Of a stretch of 64,000 nt of DNA, positions 1 to 12,662 are shown piece by piece; position 1 is the stretch's first letter, and each line of letters begins with the position of its first letter. The notes below the pieces were generated by a model that was not told the origin of the DNA, searched no databases, and saw only the letters and a list, made by a program, of their open reading frames with translations. Origin of the DNA: Sarea resinae (lineage: Eukaryota); assembly GCA_026026165.1 (NCBI GenBank), contig JAPEUD010000042.1, positions 124,001-188,000 of the forward strand, read 5' to 3'. Both the position numbers and the translations under genes were made by a program.

Positions 1-2319
1 GTCTCTACACGAAGTTGTGCAGGACATGAAGGTTATTGATCTTCTCCTATTGCCGTTTATGTTTGCTAAAATAAGGCAGGTCACACACATTCCCTGGCTC
101 TGCACCCCAAAGCAGGATGCGTCTTGTAAAGTGTCTCTGCCAGAGATGAGGAAACGCTGCGAGATCTTCCTTGAATTTGCATACTATATCTTCGATTCCT
201 TCCTGATTCCTCTCGTTCGATCCAACTTTCACGTCACTGAGTCTAATCGTCACAGCAATCGCCTGTTCTACTTTCGCCATGATGTTTGGCGGTCTTTGAC
301 CGAGCCTGCCTTGGCTGGCTTGCGTCTATCCATGTTTGAAGAGATGAAAGTGGAGAAAGCGAGAATGATTCTGGACACGAGCTCTTTAGCATTCAGTCAG
401 ATACGATTGCTTCCAAAACAAAACGGAGTCCGAATGATTATGAACTTGAGAAGAAGAGTCATGCGCCAAAAAAATGGCAGAAAGGTGCTGGGAAGGAGCA
501 TAAACTCTGTACTAGCACCGGTTCACAACATGCTACGTTACGAGAAGGTAGTGACATCTTTATTTTATTTTCGATTCTAGCTGACAGCGTATTACAGAGA
601 GCGCAACCGGAGAAGCTTGGGTCGGCACTCTTCTCAGTCGGGGATATGCATCCTCGGCTGAAACAATTCAAACAAAACTTACAACAGCGCAGGTTGGACA
701 AGCGGCCCTTGTTCTTTGCCAAAGTGGACGTGCAATCCTGTTTCGATACAATGCCACAGAATAGGGTTGTCCGTCTCGTGGAGAAACTGGTTACTGAAGA
801 CAAATACTGTCTTTTCCGACACGCTGAGATCAGACCCCCGCAAGACTACGAACAAGCGGCTCACTCAAAACAAATTGCTAAGCCAAGGAGGAAGTTCGTC
901 ACCAATGCCAAGGGAGCGAGCGATTCCACCACTTTTGCGCAAGAGATCGAAAGAGAATTGGCGCCAGGTGGAAAAAACACTGTATTTGTTGATAATGTAG
1001 TGCAACAAGTACAGGACACAGAAAGGCTTCTCGATCTTCTCGACGAGCATGTCCAGCAGAACATGGTCAAGATCGGAAAGAAGTACTATCGTCAGAAACG
1101 TGGGGTTCCTCAAGGCTCTGTATTGTCTAGTCTTCTATGCAACTTTTTTTATGCAGACCTTGAGCAGCACTTTCTTGGCTTTCTAGATCAAGACAGCCTG
1201 TTGCTCCGTCTCATCGATGATTTTCTTCTCATCACGTTAAGGCAAGATCACGCGGAGCGCTTCTTACAGATCATGCACGACGGCAAACCCTCTTATGGTG
1301 TTTCCGTCAATCCAGACAAGAGTTTGGTGAATTTCGACGTTTGTTTAGCTGGAAAACTGATTCGGAGACAGCCAGCCTCCACAGGATTTCCTTACTGTGG
1401 AAATATAATCGACCCCAAGACGCTGGACATCAGTCGAGATTGGCAGAGAAAGGAGGATACAGGTTATAGCGCTCTCTTCCTTCATGAGACCCGATGTGCT
1501 AATTCTTGCCAGCCATTGCGAATTCGCTCACGGTAGAGTTCTCCAAGCTTCCGGGGAAAACATTTCATCGAAAGGCGCTGAAGTATGTAACAGTCCAAGT
1601 CCAGCACTTGGTAGCAAGACTAATACCGAGAACGTCAGCGCACTCAAGATTCAGGCGCATGCAATGCTTCTGGATACAGCGTACAATTCTCTAAGCACTG
1701 TTTACTCCAACCTCTACCGAGCCTTTCGAGAATCAGCGATGAAAATTTATCGCTATGTTAAATGCCTACCACAAGGCAAGCGACCCAGGCCGGCATTCTT
1801 CTACAGTAAGTCGGTCACACATCACTAAAGTTATGGCCGGCGCTCGCCGTAGGATATGGTTGGGCTCTTGGCCGATTCCGAGGCCTTATCTGTCCCTTAT
1901 CAACCTTATGACGATCGCTGGAGCGAGAAATGTGGCAGATAGCTAACGGAAGGCTACCGTGCGCAGAGACTATTGAGGATGTGCTTGAGCTTGCCTTTGT
2001 CCTCACGAAGAGCAAGCAGAAGAGCGATCGATTGCAGCAATACAGATGCGTCGTGACGAAAACGCAATTGACATGGTAAGACCTATCCAATCATGAGAGT
2101 GCGAGGGACAAAGAAAGCTTATGTGCTGCCGGACGAGACAGGTTGGGGTTGATGGCATTCCGTAGCGTGCTAGGAAGAAAGCAGAGTAGGTACAGGGAAG
2201 TGCTCGCGATGCTCGACGAAGCGATCGCCAGAGTGCCGTCTTCGAGCGGCACCGAGTCATCAAGGTTACAGAGCGTCGTAGAAGCAGCAGAAGCAGCGTC
2301 TCGCCACGTTGAATACTAA
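1..2319 (+). CDS. TERT: Telomerase reverse transcriptase, 3' part (5' end lies outside the window)
   Basis: T motif (FHVTE...RLFYFRHDVW), motifs 1/2 (IRLLPK, RMIMN), A (KVDVQSCFD), B' (GVPQGSVLSSLL) and C (LLRLIDDFLLIT). Inferred introns 32-79, 548-597, 1463-1512, 1583-1638, 1806-1966, 2076-2141; stop TAA 2317-2319. Confidence 0.97.
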
Positions 2320-3288
2320 TAGGCGATGGTGTCCCATGGTAGATCTATCTACTGGTACGAAAGACTACGCCGAGTAGATGGGTAGTACGAAGTTGAGAAC
2401 AGCCCTGGAGGAAAAGACGACATGTAGCGCTTGCTGCAGTAATAATAGACCATCGATCGTGATTGGTGACACGACCAGGGCCGCCGACGCTCTCCTCCTT
2501 TGGTTTTCCGTCCCAAGTATTCGTATCTCTGCCGTGATGGCGCTATATATAATCTGTACTGCAGTAGATGATGGCGGCGGCTGGTAAGGTGAGGTGCGAT
2601 CAAATGCATCTCTTGGTTGTTGCTGCAACTTGCATCCCAGCCTCCTCGTTTGAAGAATCATGATCGCATTGACGCTGGGGCCGTACTTCGCGGAGAAGAA
2701 TAACAACGACGACCCCGCCACTTGCTGGCGCAACTCTTCCCTCTGCTCCTCTTGCCCGCTGACGCACACACAACGCAATTGACGATTCTTCACGACGATA
2801 TGATATGACTTGCACGATTCACGTCTCACGACTTCCTTGAACAGCTGCAAATCGAGCCGGCAGGCCAAGTCATCCAGCTTAACCCGACGCAGTTCGCGAC
2901 TAAGTCCCAAGGGCCCTAGACGAGGCGCTAGAGGTACCTCTGCCCCGAGTACCCGTTCGCGGTCTCCGCCATACGAAAGCTACCGCGCGAGCATCGACCT
3001 CTCGCGCAGACTGGCTGGCTGTCTTCCCGTTCCTCGCTCGACGCAGTAAGGCGGCTTGGCGACGGAACCCCTGATTGCAAACATCCTAGCGGCCTCATTC
3101 ACGAGAAGTGAAGAGGGTTGAGGTAGCGAGGACTTGGGCAGTGGCTGGTCTGGCCGCCACGCTGCCGGTCACTGGGACCTCGGACTGGCTCACGGTCGAC
3201 CGTCGACAAACACATTACCCCCCTGGGATATCATTCAAGAACCAATCGACTCCGGACGATCGGTCTCGGTCATCAGCCTGCTGGACCC

Positions 3289-6110
3289 ATGTCAGCCTCA
3301 ACCACCACCAACGCTACCACCACTACCACCACCGCTACCGCTGCCACCACTATCCTGACCTCTTCTTCCTCTTCTTCTCCCATCGCCATTCTCGCCGCTC
3401 CCACCACCAAGTCGACTTTCTCCAACACCACCGTCCTCTGCCCGCCGTTTGCGGAATCTCGCCAACGTCAGCCCCGCCATTTGCACTCCACATGTTCGAT
3501 TAACGCCCACGCCGACCCTTCCATTCTCGACCCGCCGGTCGATCGTCATTCGTTAGATGCCGGCTGTACTGATTCTTCTTCTTTGTATCACGACCGGTTA
3601 CATCATTCGTTCATAGACCGCCATCATCAGCGACTCCCATCGGGCATCACATCCAACATCGACAAGCTTCCACTTCCCTACCATTTCCAGCCGGCGACTT
3701 CTCCGCCTCTTTTTCGCTCTCTCACCGCAATTATCGATACCGTCAGAGATGAAATGACGACCATCGCGCCTGCGCCAGGGTCACCGCCGGAACTCACCGG
3801 CTCCAAATCCTCCAAGTCCTCTTCTTTCCACTCTTCAAGCCAATTCTCGAACCACGATGGTATCGTCAATGATGTCTCCCATTTCGAAGACATTGGCCTC
3901 GAAGACGACCAGACACCTCCTCTTCAGGATATCTATGGCTCGTTCTCTACGAATTATGACAGGCATAGCATGCCGAAGCGACCGTCGCCCCGGTCGCCCC
4001 TCGTTGGCTCTCGAAACAGCACTCCCGCGATGGGCTCGATGAGGGATCTTACGACCACGAATAAACCGGGGGTTTCAGGCTTGAAAAATCATATGAATGG
4101 AGCTCTGAGTCAGAAGGCTGCGCTGGGCCCGCCCAACGGCGGTGGAGGGTACCGAGGCTTTATGAGCCCTTCGTCTCCTGCGCTGGCTATGGGCCCTGGC
4201 CGGCGCCAGAGATCACGATCGCCGTCTCCAAACCTTGCCAGTTCATATTCTCCGTCGAGTGGATCCCTCGGAAACGGCGCGTCTCACATGCGGCAACGAC
4301 CTCCCCGAAGCGGGCCACCAAGTAGGAGAGGGTCCTGGCAGAAAAGTCGGAAGACGGCGGAGGAATTAGAGCAGGAACTGAATGACTCCGACGAGGATGT
4401 CCCTGATGATGCGGTTTTCTGGAATGTGCCCATTTCACCTCGTCCTTTACCGGAAAGAACCATCTCGGCTGCCATGTCTCCCAGCGGAAGCCCCCCAAAG
4501 AGCAGTCCCATCAGTAACTTCGCAGCCGGCCAAGAGTCAAAGTCGCCCGCCGCTTCAGCTCCCATCCCCATTTCCGCCATGCAGCGTCACGGTTCAATGC
4601 CATCATCGCCACGACAGTCTGGTCCCAGCCGGGGTGCATCTACAAGCTCAATACCTGACCAATTCATGGGCCCTCTGTCGAGAACCAAGTCATGGACGGC
4701 AGCATTATCGGATCTTTCGGAGGAAGCACAGAGTCTGACCGCGGCCCTAGAAGCTCATGCCGATGAAGAAGGAAGGCTGCACGAGGAGAGAGTTCAGACA
4801 GGAGCGTTTGTCCCCAGGCCGTCTTTGGCGGAGAAGAGGGGAAAAGCGATGGTCGTCGAGTTGCCGCCTGTCAGGACGAGCAACGTCATGATCGACCCTC
4901 TGCCTATCAGTAAAGAGAAGGAGAAGGTGTTGAGTCGTACGAGACCTAGCTGGTTGCCGCCGAAGTCCCAGAAGGAGGAGAAGAAGCATTTGAAGGAATA
5001 CCAGCAGATGATGACGCTTTCTATGGAAGCAGGTTCGTCTTCCCATCAATTGACAGGGTCGCACAAGCTAACAATTCCTCTCAGAGAAGAAAAGAGCTGC
5101 CAAGGAGAAAGAAGCCCAGCATGAGCGAGACTCGACAAAGTCATCTCTCTTGCGCATCTGGGAAGAGCACGTTTTGTCGAATTGGGATCGAGTGATTCGT
5201 GAGCCCCGTACACGCGAGTTGTGGTGGCGTGGCATCGCTCCACGTAGCAGGGGCATCGTCTGGGAGAAAGCGGTCGGCAATGAGCTCGAATTGACGGCCG
5301 CAAGTTACACGGCTGCATTGAAGAGAGCAAAGGACCTGGAGAAGAAGATTCAATCTGGTCGGAACGAAGGAGATGCGGGAACGAAGGAGGCCGACTGGTT
5401 CGCGTCTATACGAAGAGACGTTCAGAACACCTACCCGGAGCTGAAGATATTCCAGCCAGGAGGCCCTCTGAATGAGGACTTTGTGGACGTTCTGCTGGCG
5501 TATTCAATGTATCGGTCTGACGTTGGATACATCTACGGCACACACGTAAGCTTTGCAGCCATCCACCTGTGTCTCTCTTATACTGACGTCAATCTAGCTC
5601 ATTGCGGCCCTTCTCCTTCTTAACCTCTCTCCTTCTTCCTCCTTCATCACACTAGCCAATCTGCTCAACCGGCCTGTCCCATTAGCTTTCTTGACCAACG
5701 ACCCCGGCGCCATCAACCGCGTGTACAACCTAACCTCCCGAGCCCTCCAGTATAAATTCCCTTCCCTCTCCAACCACCTGTCGGTCGATCTCCGACTCCC
5801 TCCTGAGACTTACCTCGAGCCGCTCTTCCGCTCCGTCTTCACGCGCAACATCTCCCTCGACATCTCGACTCGCATCTGGGACGTCTATGTCTTCGAGGGT
5901 GACAGCTTCCTCATGAGAACGGCAGTCGGGATACTGGGGAAACTCGAGGGCCGTCTGTACGGAAGTCGAGAGGAAGTGCTGGCGGTGCTGGGCTGGGATA
6001 ATAAAGAGACATTCGACTTGGGGTCAGAAGACGAGTTCTTGACGTGGGTCAGGAGCGCAGGAAAAGAGGAGAGGAAGGGTGAACGCGCGCCATCGGTGTC
6101 GATGAGGTAG
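3289..6110 (+). CDS. TBC-domain Rab GTPase-activating protein (TBC1D14-like) with long Ser/Pro-rich N-terminus
   Basis: TBC signatures ([44 protein letters not shown]). Introns 5033-5084 and 5546-5597. Start could be ATG 3289 or ATG 3754 ([12 protein letters not shown]). Confidence 0.88.
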
Positions 6111-6754
6111 TTTTGTATTGCTTTCACTTCTGTCCTCGGTCACCCTCCGGAGCTGATATTTGGGGGGCTTGGTTTTCTTCGGTTCCTCTTACGCTGGCAA
6201 GCACACGGCCCATCTCGGTTGGAATGGATGCGGCTTTTGCATGGGATTTGGCATTTACATTCATCATCGTCCTCGTCGTCCTCCTCATCATCATTCTCAG
6301 TCACTGTCGCCACGATCGTTCATCATTGGCGCAACATCGCGCAGAAGTCGATAAATATCGGCATCACCATCATTGTCATTCTTACTCTTACGACTGGCGT
6401 TTGGAATACTTTTCTTCTCTTCACTTGCCTTCGCTTCGCTTCTCATCATCCGTCTTTCATCGAAGAGTCATTTACCCAACATTGTACAGATTACTTGGAA
6501 GACGTTTGGCCAGGATGGATGGATGGATAGACGGATCTAATAGGGCACCGGACTGGACCGGACTAGCTACGAAGCAAAAGTGGCTTGATGGGACGCGGTA
6601 AGATTGGCAGAGGGACGGCAAAGGGGGGGCAAGGGGGAGGGAAAGAGGATGGGGGAGTATATACATACATACAGTGCACTCATTGCGCTGTAGTGCATTT
6701 TTGCATATTGATATGATCGTCTCACGTTACCTTACTTGCGGCTTCTATCTGTAC

Positions 6755-6787
6755 GTGTGCGTGTGCGTGTGCGTGTGCGTGTGCGTG
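6755..6787. repeat. (GTGTGC)n microsatellite
   Basis: Tandem gtgtgc units read directly. Confidence 0.9.
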
Positions 6788-7280
6788 TATAGATGGACTC
6801 TTTGCACGACAAAAGTATCCTTGCCTTGGTTCCCTCCTAAAGAGTACACCCCTTTATTTATTACAACTCATAGCACACTTGCTCTTGCATTAAGGCTTCC
6901 GACAAGGGAATTTCGTCAGATACTCTCAGCAATCTTCTAGAATTAAAGTTAAGACACCCGCCATAGAGTCCGCCGGTACCGCACCGCACCGCACCGCATC
7001 GGCCCCTAATGCCGTCATGTTCACCTGCCTCTCTCTCTCTCTCACATATAAAATCTTTATTCCAAAAGTTCTACGTTCTCGGCTCTGGGCTCTAGCTCTG
7101 GGCTCCAGCTTATTCCACGTGGGCTCTAGATCAGCAGCTGAGATTTCTGCGTCGGAGTCGAATACGTCATGTCATTGTCATATCCATGGTCTATCTGTAG
7201 TCGATATTCTGTCTGGTCATGGTCGATGCCCTGTGCTCTGTCTGTGCTCGCTGCCGTCTGCTCTACTCTATTCTGCAATC

Positions 7281-7321
7281 AACACGCACACATACACACA
7301 CACACACACATACACGCACAC
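7281..7321. repeat. Imperfect (CA)n microsatellite
   Basis: acacgcacacatacacacacacacacacatacacgcacac read directly. Confidence 0.9.
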
Positions 7322-7794
7322 GATTTCCCCCTGTCCCATGTTCCTCCTTTGTCCGCTTGTCTGTCTGCTTATCTGCTTGTCTGCAGTCACTTCATAGTGA
7401 TTCTCTTCCCGTATGGTCGGGTCGGGTCGGGTCAGGTCAGATCTACACAGACAGTACAGCCCAGGGGGAGCAGCTTCCAGTAAGGTATACATAGATACCT
7501 TACCTTTAGGTGGAGTTCGCCTAGGTAATCAGCTATAACCGGGCTCGCTCCCAAGACACTACCGTCCAAGGCACCGCCCTACCACCTATGCGCCGCCGCC
7601 GCGTATCGCTCACCTCACCTCACCTTACCAGAGATCCCATAGCCAGACCATACCAAGCACGCCAAGAAGACGTTTGATCGAAAAGAGGAGATGATATATT
7701 TCTTTTTCTAATCCGTCCTCCACGAGGAGACGCTGTTATGCTTTACAAAGTTTTTCTTTTTTGGCGGGGTGGAGAATATTAAACAAAGGTGACT

Positions 7795-7941
7795 GGAGTG
7801 GGGTATATCCGTTGTGCGCCGCTATCGTACAGACCTTTTGGAGTGCAGTGGAGGAGAGCTTTTTCCGTGTTGCGCCTCTAATCGTACAAACCTAGTCTGA
7901 GTGGAGTTTCTCCGTGTTGCGCCTGTTATGCAAACCTTTTC
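7795..7941. repeat. Three degenerate ~45-60 bp tandem repeats
   Basis: Shared core gagtg...tccgtgttgcgcc...a(t)cgtaca(a/g)acct repeated three times downstream of the MFS stop. Confidence 0.75.
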
Positions 7942-8098
7942 AGTTCCCGTCCTGTTTCCGTGCCTTGGAGGGTCCAGGACAACCTCGGAGTGGCCTGCCT
8001 TTCAGGCCCATGAGGTATCCTTCTAATAAAACAGTATCGAATCGTCTAGTGGGAATAACTTTTCTTCTCCCTACCTAGGTCCAGGAGGAGAAAGCTGT

Positions 8099-10373
8099 TC
8101 AAGCGGCCATCTCCTTGGCCTCTGCTTTCTCGGCCTCGATCATCTCCTCCTCCTTCTGCTCGGTCTTTTCCTTGGTCTGGGAGTCCGTGCGCGTGGCCTC
8201 GGTGCTCACTGTCAACACCTCCACGGCTGCTCCCTTGTTCTTATCCTTCTCTCCGTCGGCCGCAGCCACCACTACCACCGCATCCGTCTTGGCCTCGGCG
8301 TCGACCTTCGGCGCCTCCCCGTCATCCAAATCACCCTTGCCTTCCTCAGCAGCCCGCTGGCCGTCAGGGTTCTTGGGCGGGAGATTTTTTTTGACGCTGC
8401 GCCACTCCATGCTAAGAGCGCCCAGGATGGCGAGGCAGGCGATGATGAGGCCAATCCGGAAGCATACGCGCAGCGAGTCGTTATAATCCTCCAGCGCCGA
8501 CGCATGGTACTTGGCAGGGATGAGCTTGAGGAGCTCGGTGGCGCCCGTGCTCTGGATCAGCCGGGGAGTGATGCCCGGGATGCCGGCGAGCCGGTTGGCC
8601 AGCTGGTTGTCGAGCACGTTCTGGCCGACCGAGGTGAAAACGGCACCGAAGAGCATCTGGCCGAAGAACATGAGCGAGGCGCCGATGGCCACGTCCTCAC
8701 GTGGCAGCACCGTCTGCGCGGCCATGTTGGGACCCTGGAAGCAACACCCGAGGGCAAAGCCGTATACGATCTGGAAGCCGATCCACTTGCCCTCCGAGGT
8801 GTCGGTACTGAGGGTGGTGAGCAGGCCGGCGCCGATCGCTGAGAGGCAGACGCCGGAGATCAAAAAGGGCGTGTAATAACCGATGCGGGAGACCAGCTGG
8901 CCGGTCATGATGGACGACAGAACCATGGGCATCAACATGGGAAGAAGACGGATACCACTCTTTACGGCGGAAACGCCGTCAATGGCCTGGAACCAGATGG
9001 GAAGGTAGTACACTGGCGTTCTGGCATTAGGACCCGCCACGATCTTCTCCGTTCAGAATATAGTGGACTTACCAATTATCATCATGTGCGCGCCGAGGCA
9101 AGAGCTCACCCAGAAGCCGGAGGCGATGCTGCGCTGGATGAAGATGCGAGGTGGCACCGTGGCCTGCTCCGGCTTCCAGATTTGAATCAAGACAAAGGCG
9201 ATCAAAAGCACAAACGCAAGCACAAGCAACGCGATAACACGCCCCTCGCTCCACTAGATGCGGTCAGCTCTACTAGCCTGAGGCAGGGGAAAAAAGACGC
9301 TTTGGAAGGAAATCCAGGCCGGAAACTCACAGCATATTTGGTGCCACCCCATTGTAGGGCCAGACACAGGCAGACAATTCCGGGAACGAGGGCAAGCAGA
9401 CCCAGGGCGTTGAGCTGCTGCAGCTTGTCTTTGAGAGGAATCTTGGTGTTGGGACGGTCCGGGACTTGGAGCAAGAAGAAAACGAACACCATGACCACAC
9501 CTCCCAAGGGAAGGTTGAGGTAGAAGCACCATCTCCAAGTGACGTTTGTGGTGAAAGCGCCGCCGACCAGCGGGCCGGTCACCGAAGAAATGCCAAACAC
9601 GGCACCAAAGAGACCCTGGTACTTGGGCCGCCTGTGCAGCGGGACAGCGTAGACAATGATGATTATCTAAAGTACCATGGTGTGAGTGATTCGATGGGAA
9701 ACATGGAGCAGACTAAACGAAGAACAGTGTTCTCAAAGGGTAGCTTTAAAGGGGGGGGAACAACGTACGACGCCCGAAAAAATGCCTCCGGATCCCAAGC
9801 CAGCGATGGCTCTGCCGAGGATGAAAGCGACCGAGTTCGGGGCCGCGCCGCAAAGGGCCGAGCCAGCCTCGAACAGTAGTATGGACGTCAGAAAGGTGGC
9901 CTTGACACTGAAGAAGGTGTATAGCTTTCCAAACACCAGCTGGAAGGCACAGCTGGTGAGCAGGTACGCGGTGCCATACCAGCCAATATCGCCTGCCGAG
10001 TTGAACTGGTTGGTGATCTGGGGGATGGCGGTCGAGATGATGAGGCGATCCTGCGAGCGGGGCTGGTCAGTTTGCAGCTCCGGCTCCTAGAGGAGCCTGC
10101 TACCTTGGAGGAGACCCAGGCGGGGTCCGGACGCACCAATGACACCAGGAACATGCCGACGAAGATGGAGCTCAGCAGCAGCGCGAGCTTGAGACCCGAG
10201 GGATAGATGGTGTCGGCTTCGGTATGCTTGAGATCCTTGGTCTGGGACTCGTCAGCGGCCGTGCCCTCCTCGGCCATGTTCGTGCGAGTCGGGGCCTCGC
10301 CATCCATGGACGCCGGCGGCGCGATCTCTTCCTCTTGGGGCTGTTTCTCTCTCTTTTTGAACAACATGTTCAT
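8099..10373 (-). CDS. MFS drug/toxin efflux pump (DHA14, AflT-like)
   Basis: Motifs [71 protein letters not shown]. Introns 10136-10051, 9768-9667, 9330-9254, 9072-9013. Confidence 0.93.
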
Positions 10374-11632
10374 GAGAGTAGCGACTTCAAACTGAAGCTA
10401 GACCTTGACAAGATGCGGGCATTCCTAGGTTTTCCTTGCAAACAGCAGTCCGAAAATGCACGCCGTGTCCCAAACTCCCAAATCAAAGCAGGTAAGAGCG
10501 CTATAAGTTCGATAGTAATTGAAGAAAGAGAACAGCAAACGGCAAAGAAAAAGACGTTTCGATCAAGTGCCGTTGAAATTTATGGGCCCAGCTAGATTGA
10601 ATGGGCCATTTAATGAGAGCTGGCTTACATGGGGGCCCGGGATGCGGCCTGTGTTATAATGGCCACTTGGTGTTACCATGTGTGACCCCATACCTCGCTT
10701 GCAGGTCCTACACCAGATCTTCATTCAGTAGAGATTCTACCATTGAAGCCCTTCCTTTTGCGTATCTGTGGCCTTTGTTGGGCTATAAAAGGAGGCGGCT
10801 ACTATGTTTGCCTCCTGGAAGCTTCGAATTCAGAATACCTCGTTGATCAAGTGTACAAAGGGATTTCTTCTTGATATCCTGTCAATGACTCGCTTGCAAC
10901 CAAGCTTTCTAAACATTTAGTTTGATCAACGGGCTGAGACATGACTTCAAAGGTAAGCACTAGAGCATACAAGCTACCAGCTGGAGGTATGGCTTTGCCC
11001 CGCGCTCTAGCAAGCCTACCTCCCTACCCTCCCCCCTTAGGTACGTCTTCGTACCTCGGATGTACACTGCGATTACACAACAAGCGAGCAGACCAGCATG
11101 CGGTACTGTGTACTATTATCAGCAGGCCTAGAAAAGGATTCGTGACACACAGACGTAAAGATGCACATCTCGATATATGGGTCAATTGCGGTAACTCGTG
11201 CAGCAGCCACGCCCCAGGCCTCAAGAGCACGACGACAGGCTCCCGTACGTAGGTATGTACGATCAATACACCGCATGTCAGAGTGCTGCTGGCTAGGCTG
11301 GGCCATGAGCGGGCGGCCGCGATCAAGGCCTCCTTGGGGATTCCAGAACACAGAGGGGAGAGAGTGATGCGAATTAGTAGACATGGCTATATTCGTAGGT
11401 AGGCGCCTAGTGCCGGTGCCTTGTTATTGAGGAATGGAACCGAGTCCAGGACATTCATATCATAATCACTAAATTAGTAGCCAACGTTGATGAGGTAAGC
11501 CCGCAAGGTATCGTAGAAGAATCCCGCCCACCACAAAGCCACCCCCAAAAAACACGGAACACCCACTTACCCTTTACCACCCCGACCCGCTTTATATACC
11601 CCAATAGACAACCTCCTTCCATCAATCAGCAT

Positions 11633-11716
11633 GGGCATGTGGTTTAGTGGTATAATTCCTCTTTAGCATCTACTGTCATATAGAGGCGGTCTTGGGTTCG
11701 ATTCCCAACTTGTCCA
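11633..11716 (+). tRNA. tRNA-Ala (anticodon AGC) with 12-nt intron (11669-11680)
   Basis: Acceptor GGGCATG/CTTGTCC-A with the G3:U70 Ala identity pair; D-loop TAGTGG; anticodon stem CCTCT/AGAGG with AGC at 11665-11667; T-arm GGTTCGATTCC; downstream T-rich Pol III terminator. Confidence 0.95.
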
Positions 11717-12571
11717 TTTCTTTTGTCTTTTTAAACCCCCGGAGTGGTTGGTGGGAGATTCCTCTTTTTTTTTTTCGTTTTGGGTTCCTGTCAGCGAGTG
11801 GTCTGAGTTGGTGTGGGGTGGGGTGGGGAGCCGTTTCCGTGTAGCGAGCGAGCGATCGTGGTGCGTGAATCTGTCTACGGGTTAGTGGGCATTGTCGAGC
11901 GTTGCGGATGGGCCCTCGGTACTCTGGGAAGTGGGAGACGCGGAGTTGTGAGAGACATCAGTACTGCATGTATGTGTCTAGGTAGGCCTGCGAGATAGGT
12001 GCAAAACCTCCTCATTGTGTGTAGATGATCGAAAGGCAAAACGCTATCCGTCAGATGAATTGATTCCTCAAGACATTGGCTCGGCGACTGACGATCCCTG
12101 GGGTGTTTGACACTGATTAGAATAATAGAACATTACAGCCACCCTTTCTTTCTGACTCCAAAAGTCTTAGAAACAATTCTTTGTTTTGTTCTTGATCTTT
12201 TCTTTCTGGCTTGCCTAATACCCCTCCCTCGGAGATGATTTATCTATCAAGAACACAAATTGCACCCTCTTCCAATTGTAGCAATTGTTTTGTGAACGCT
12301 CTGAAAAGAGCCTCTCTCTAAAACCTCACTGTCGGTATCTTGGTGTGGAGAAAAAGAAAGGATGGTATTCATGTCATCACTCGCATCGAGGCACCTCCAA
12401 TGATAAAAACATATATTTATTCATCAACTCAGTATGGCAAATCTAAACGCTACGTCAAAGGCTACGTTCAATGGACCAAAGCACCAAGCCGCCCGCAGGC
12501 ACAAGCCCCCGCTCAAATGCGACACACTCGGATCCAAACTCCAACGACCTGGATTCTATTCACCAAGAGAA

Positions 12572-12574
<3 letters not shown>

Positions 12575-12648
<74 letters not shown>

Positions 12649-12650
12649 AA
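12575..12650. repeat. (GAAA)n microsatellite just downstream of the HEL2 stop
   Basis: About 19 perfect GAAA units read directly. Confidence 0.95.
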
Positions 12651-12662
12651 TGAGGCAGAGAC

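Noticed and set aside
646..1536. RT ORF as a retroelement or novel RT system
   Set aside because: The T motif, spliceosomal introns and C-terminal extension identify it as cellular TERT; there is no gag, integrase, endonuclease or LTR.
2365..2910. 181-aa minus-strand ORF between TERT and TBC
   Set aside because: Non-ATG start, no recognisable motif and no convincing splice structure.
7795..7941. CRISPR-like repeat-spacer array
   Set aside because: Eukaryotic context, only three degenerate adjacent copies, no unique spacers and no cas genes.
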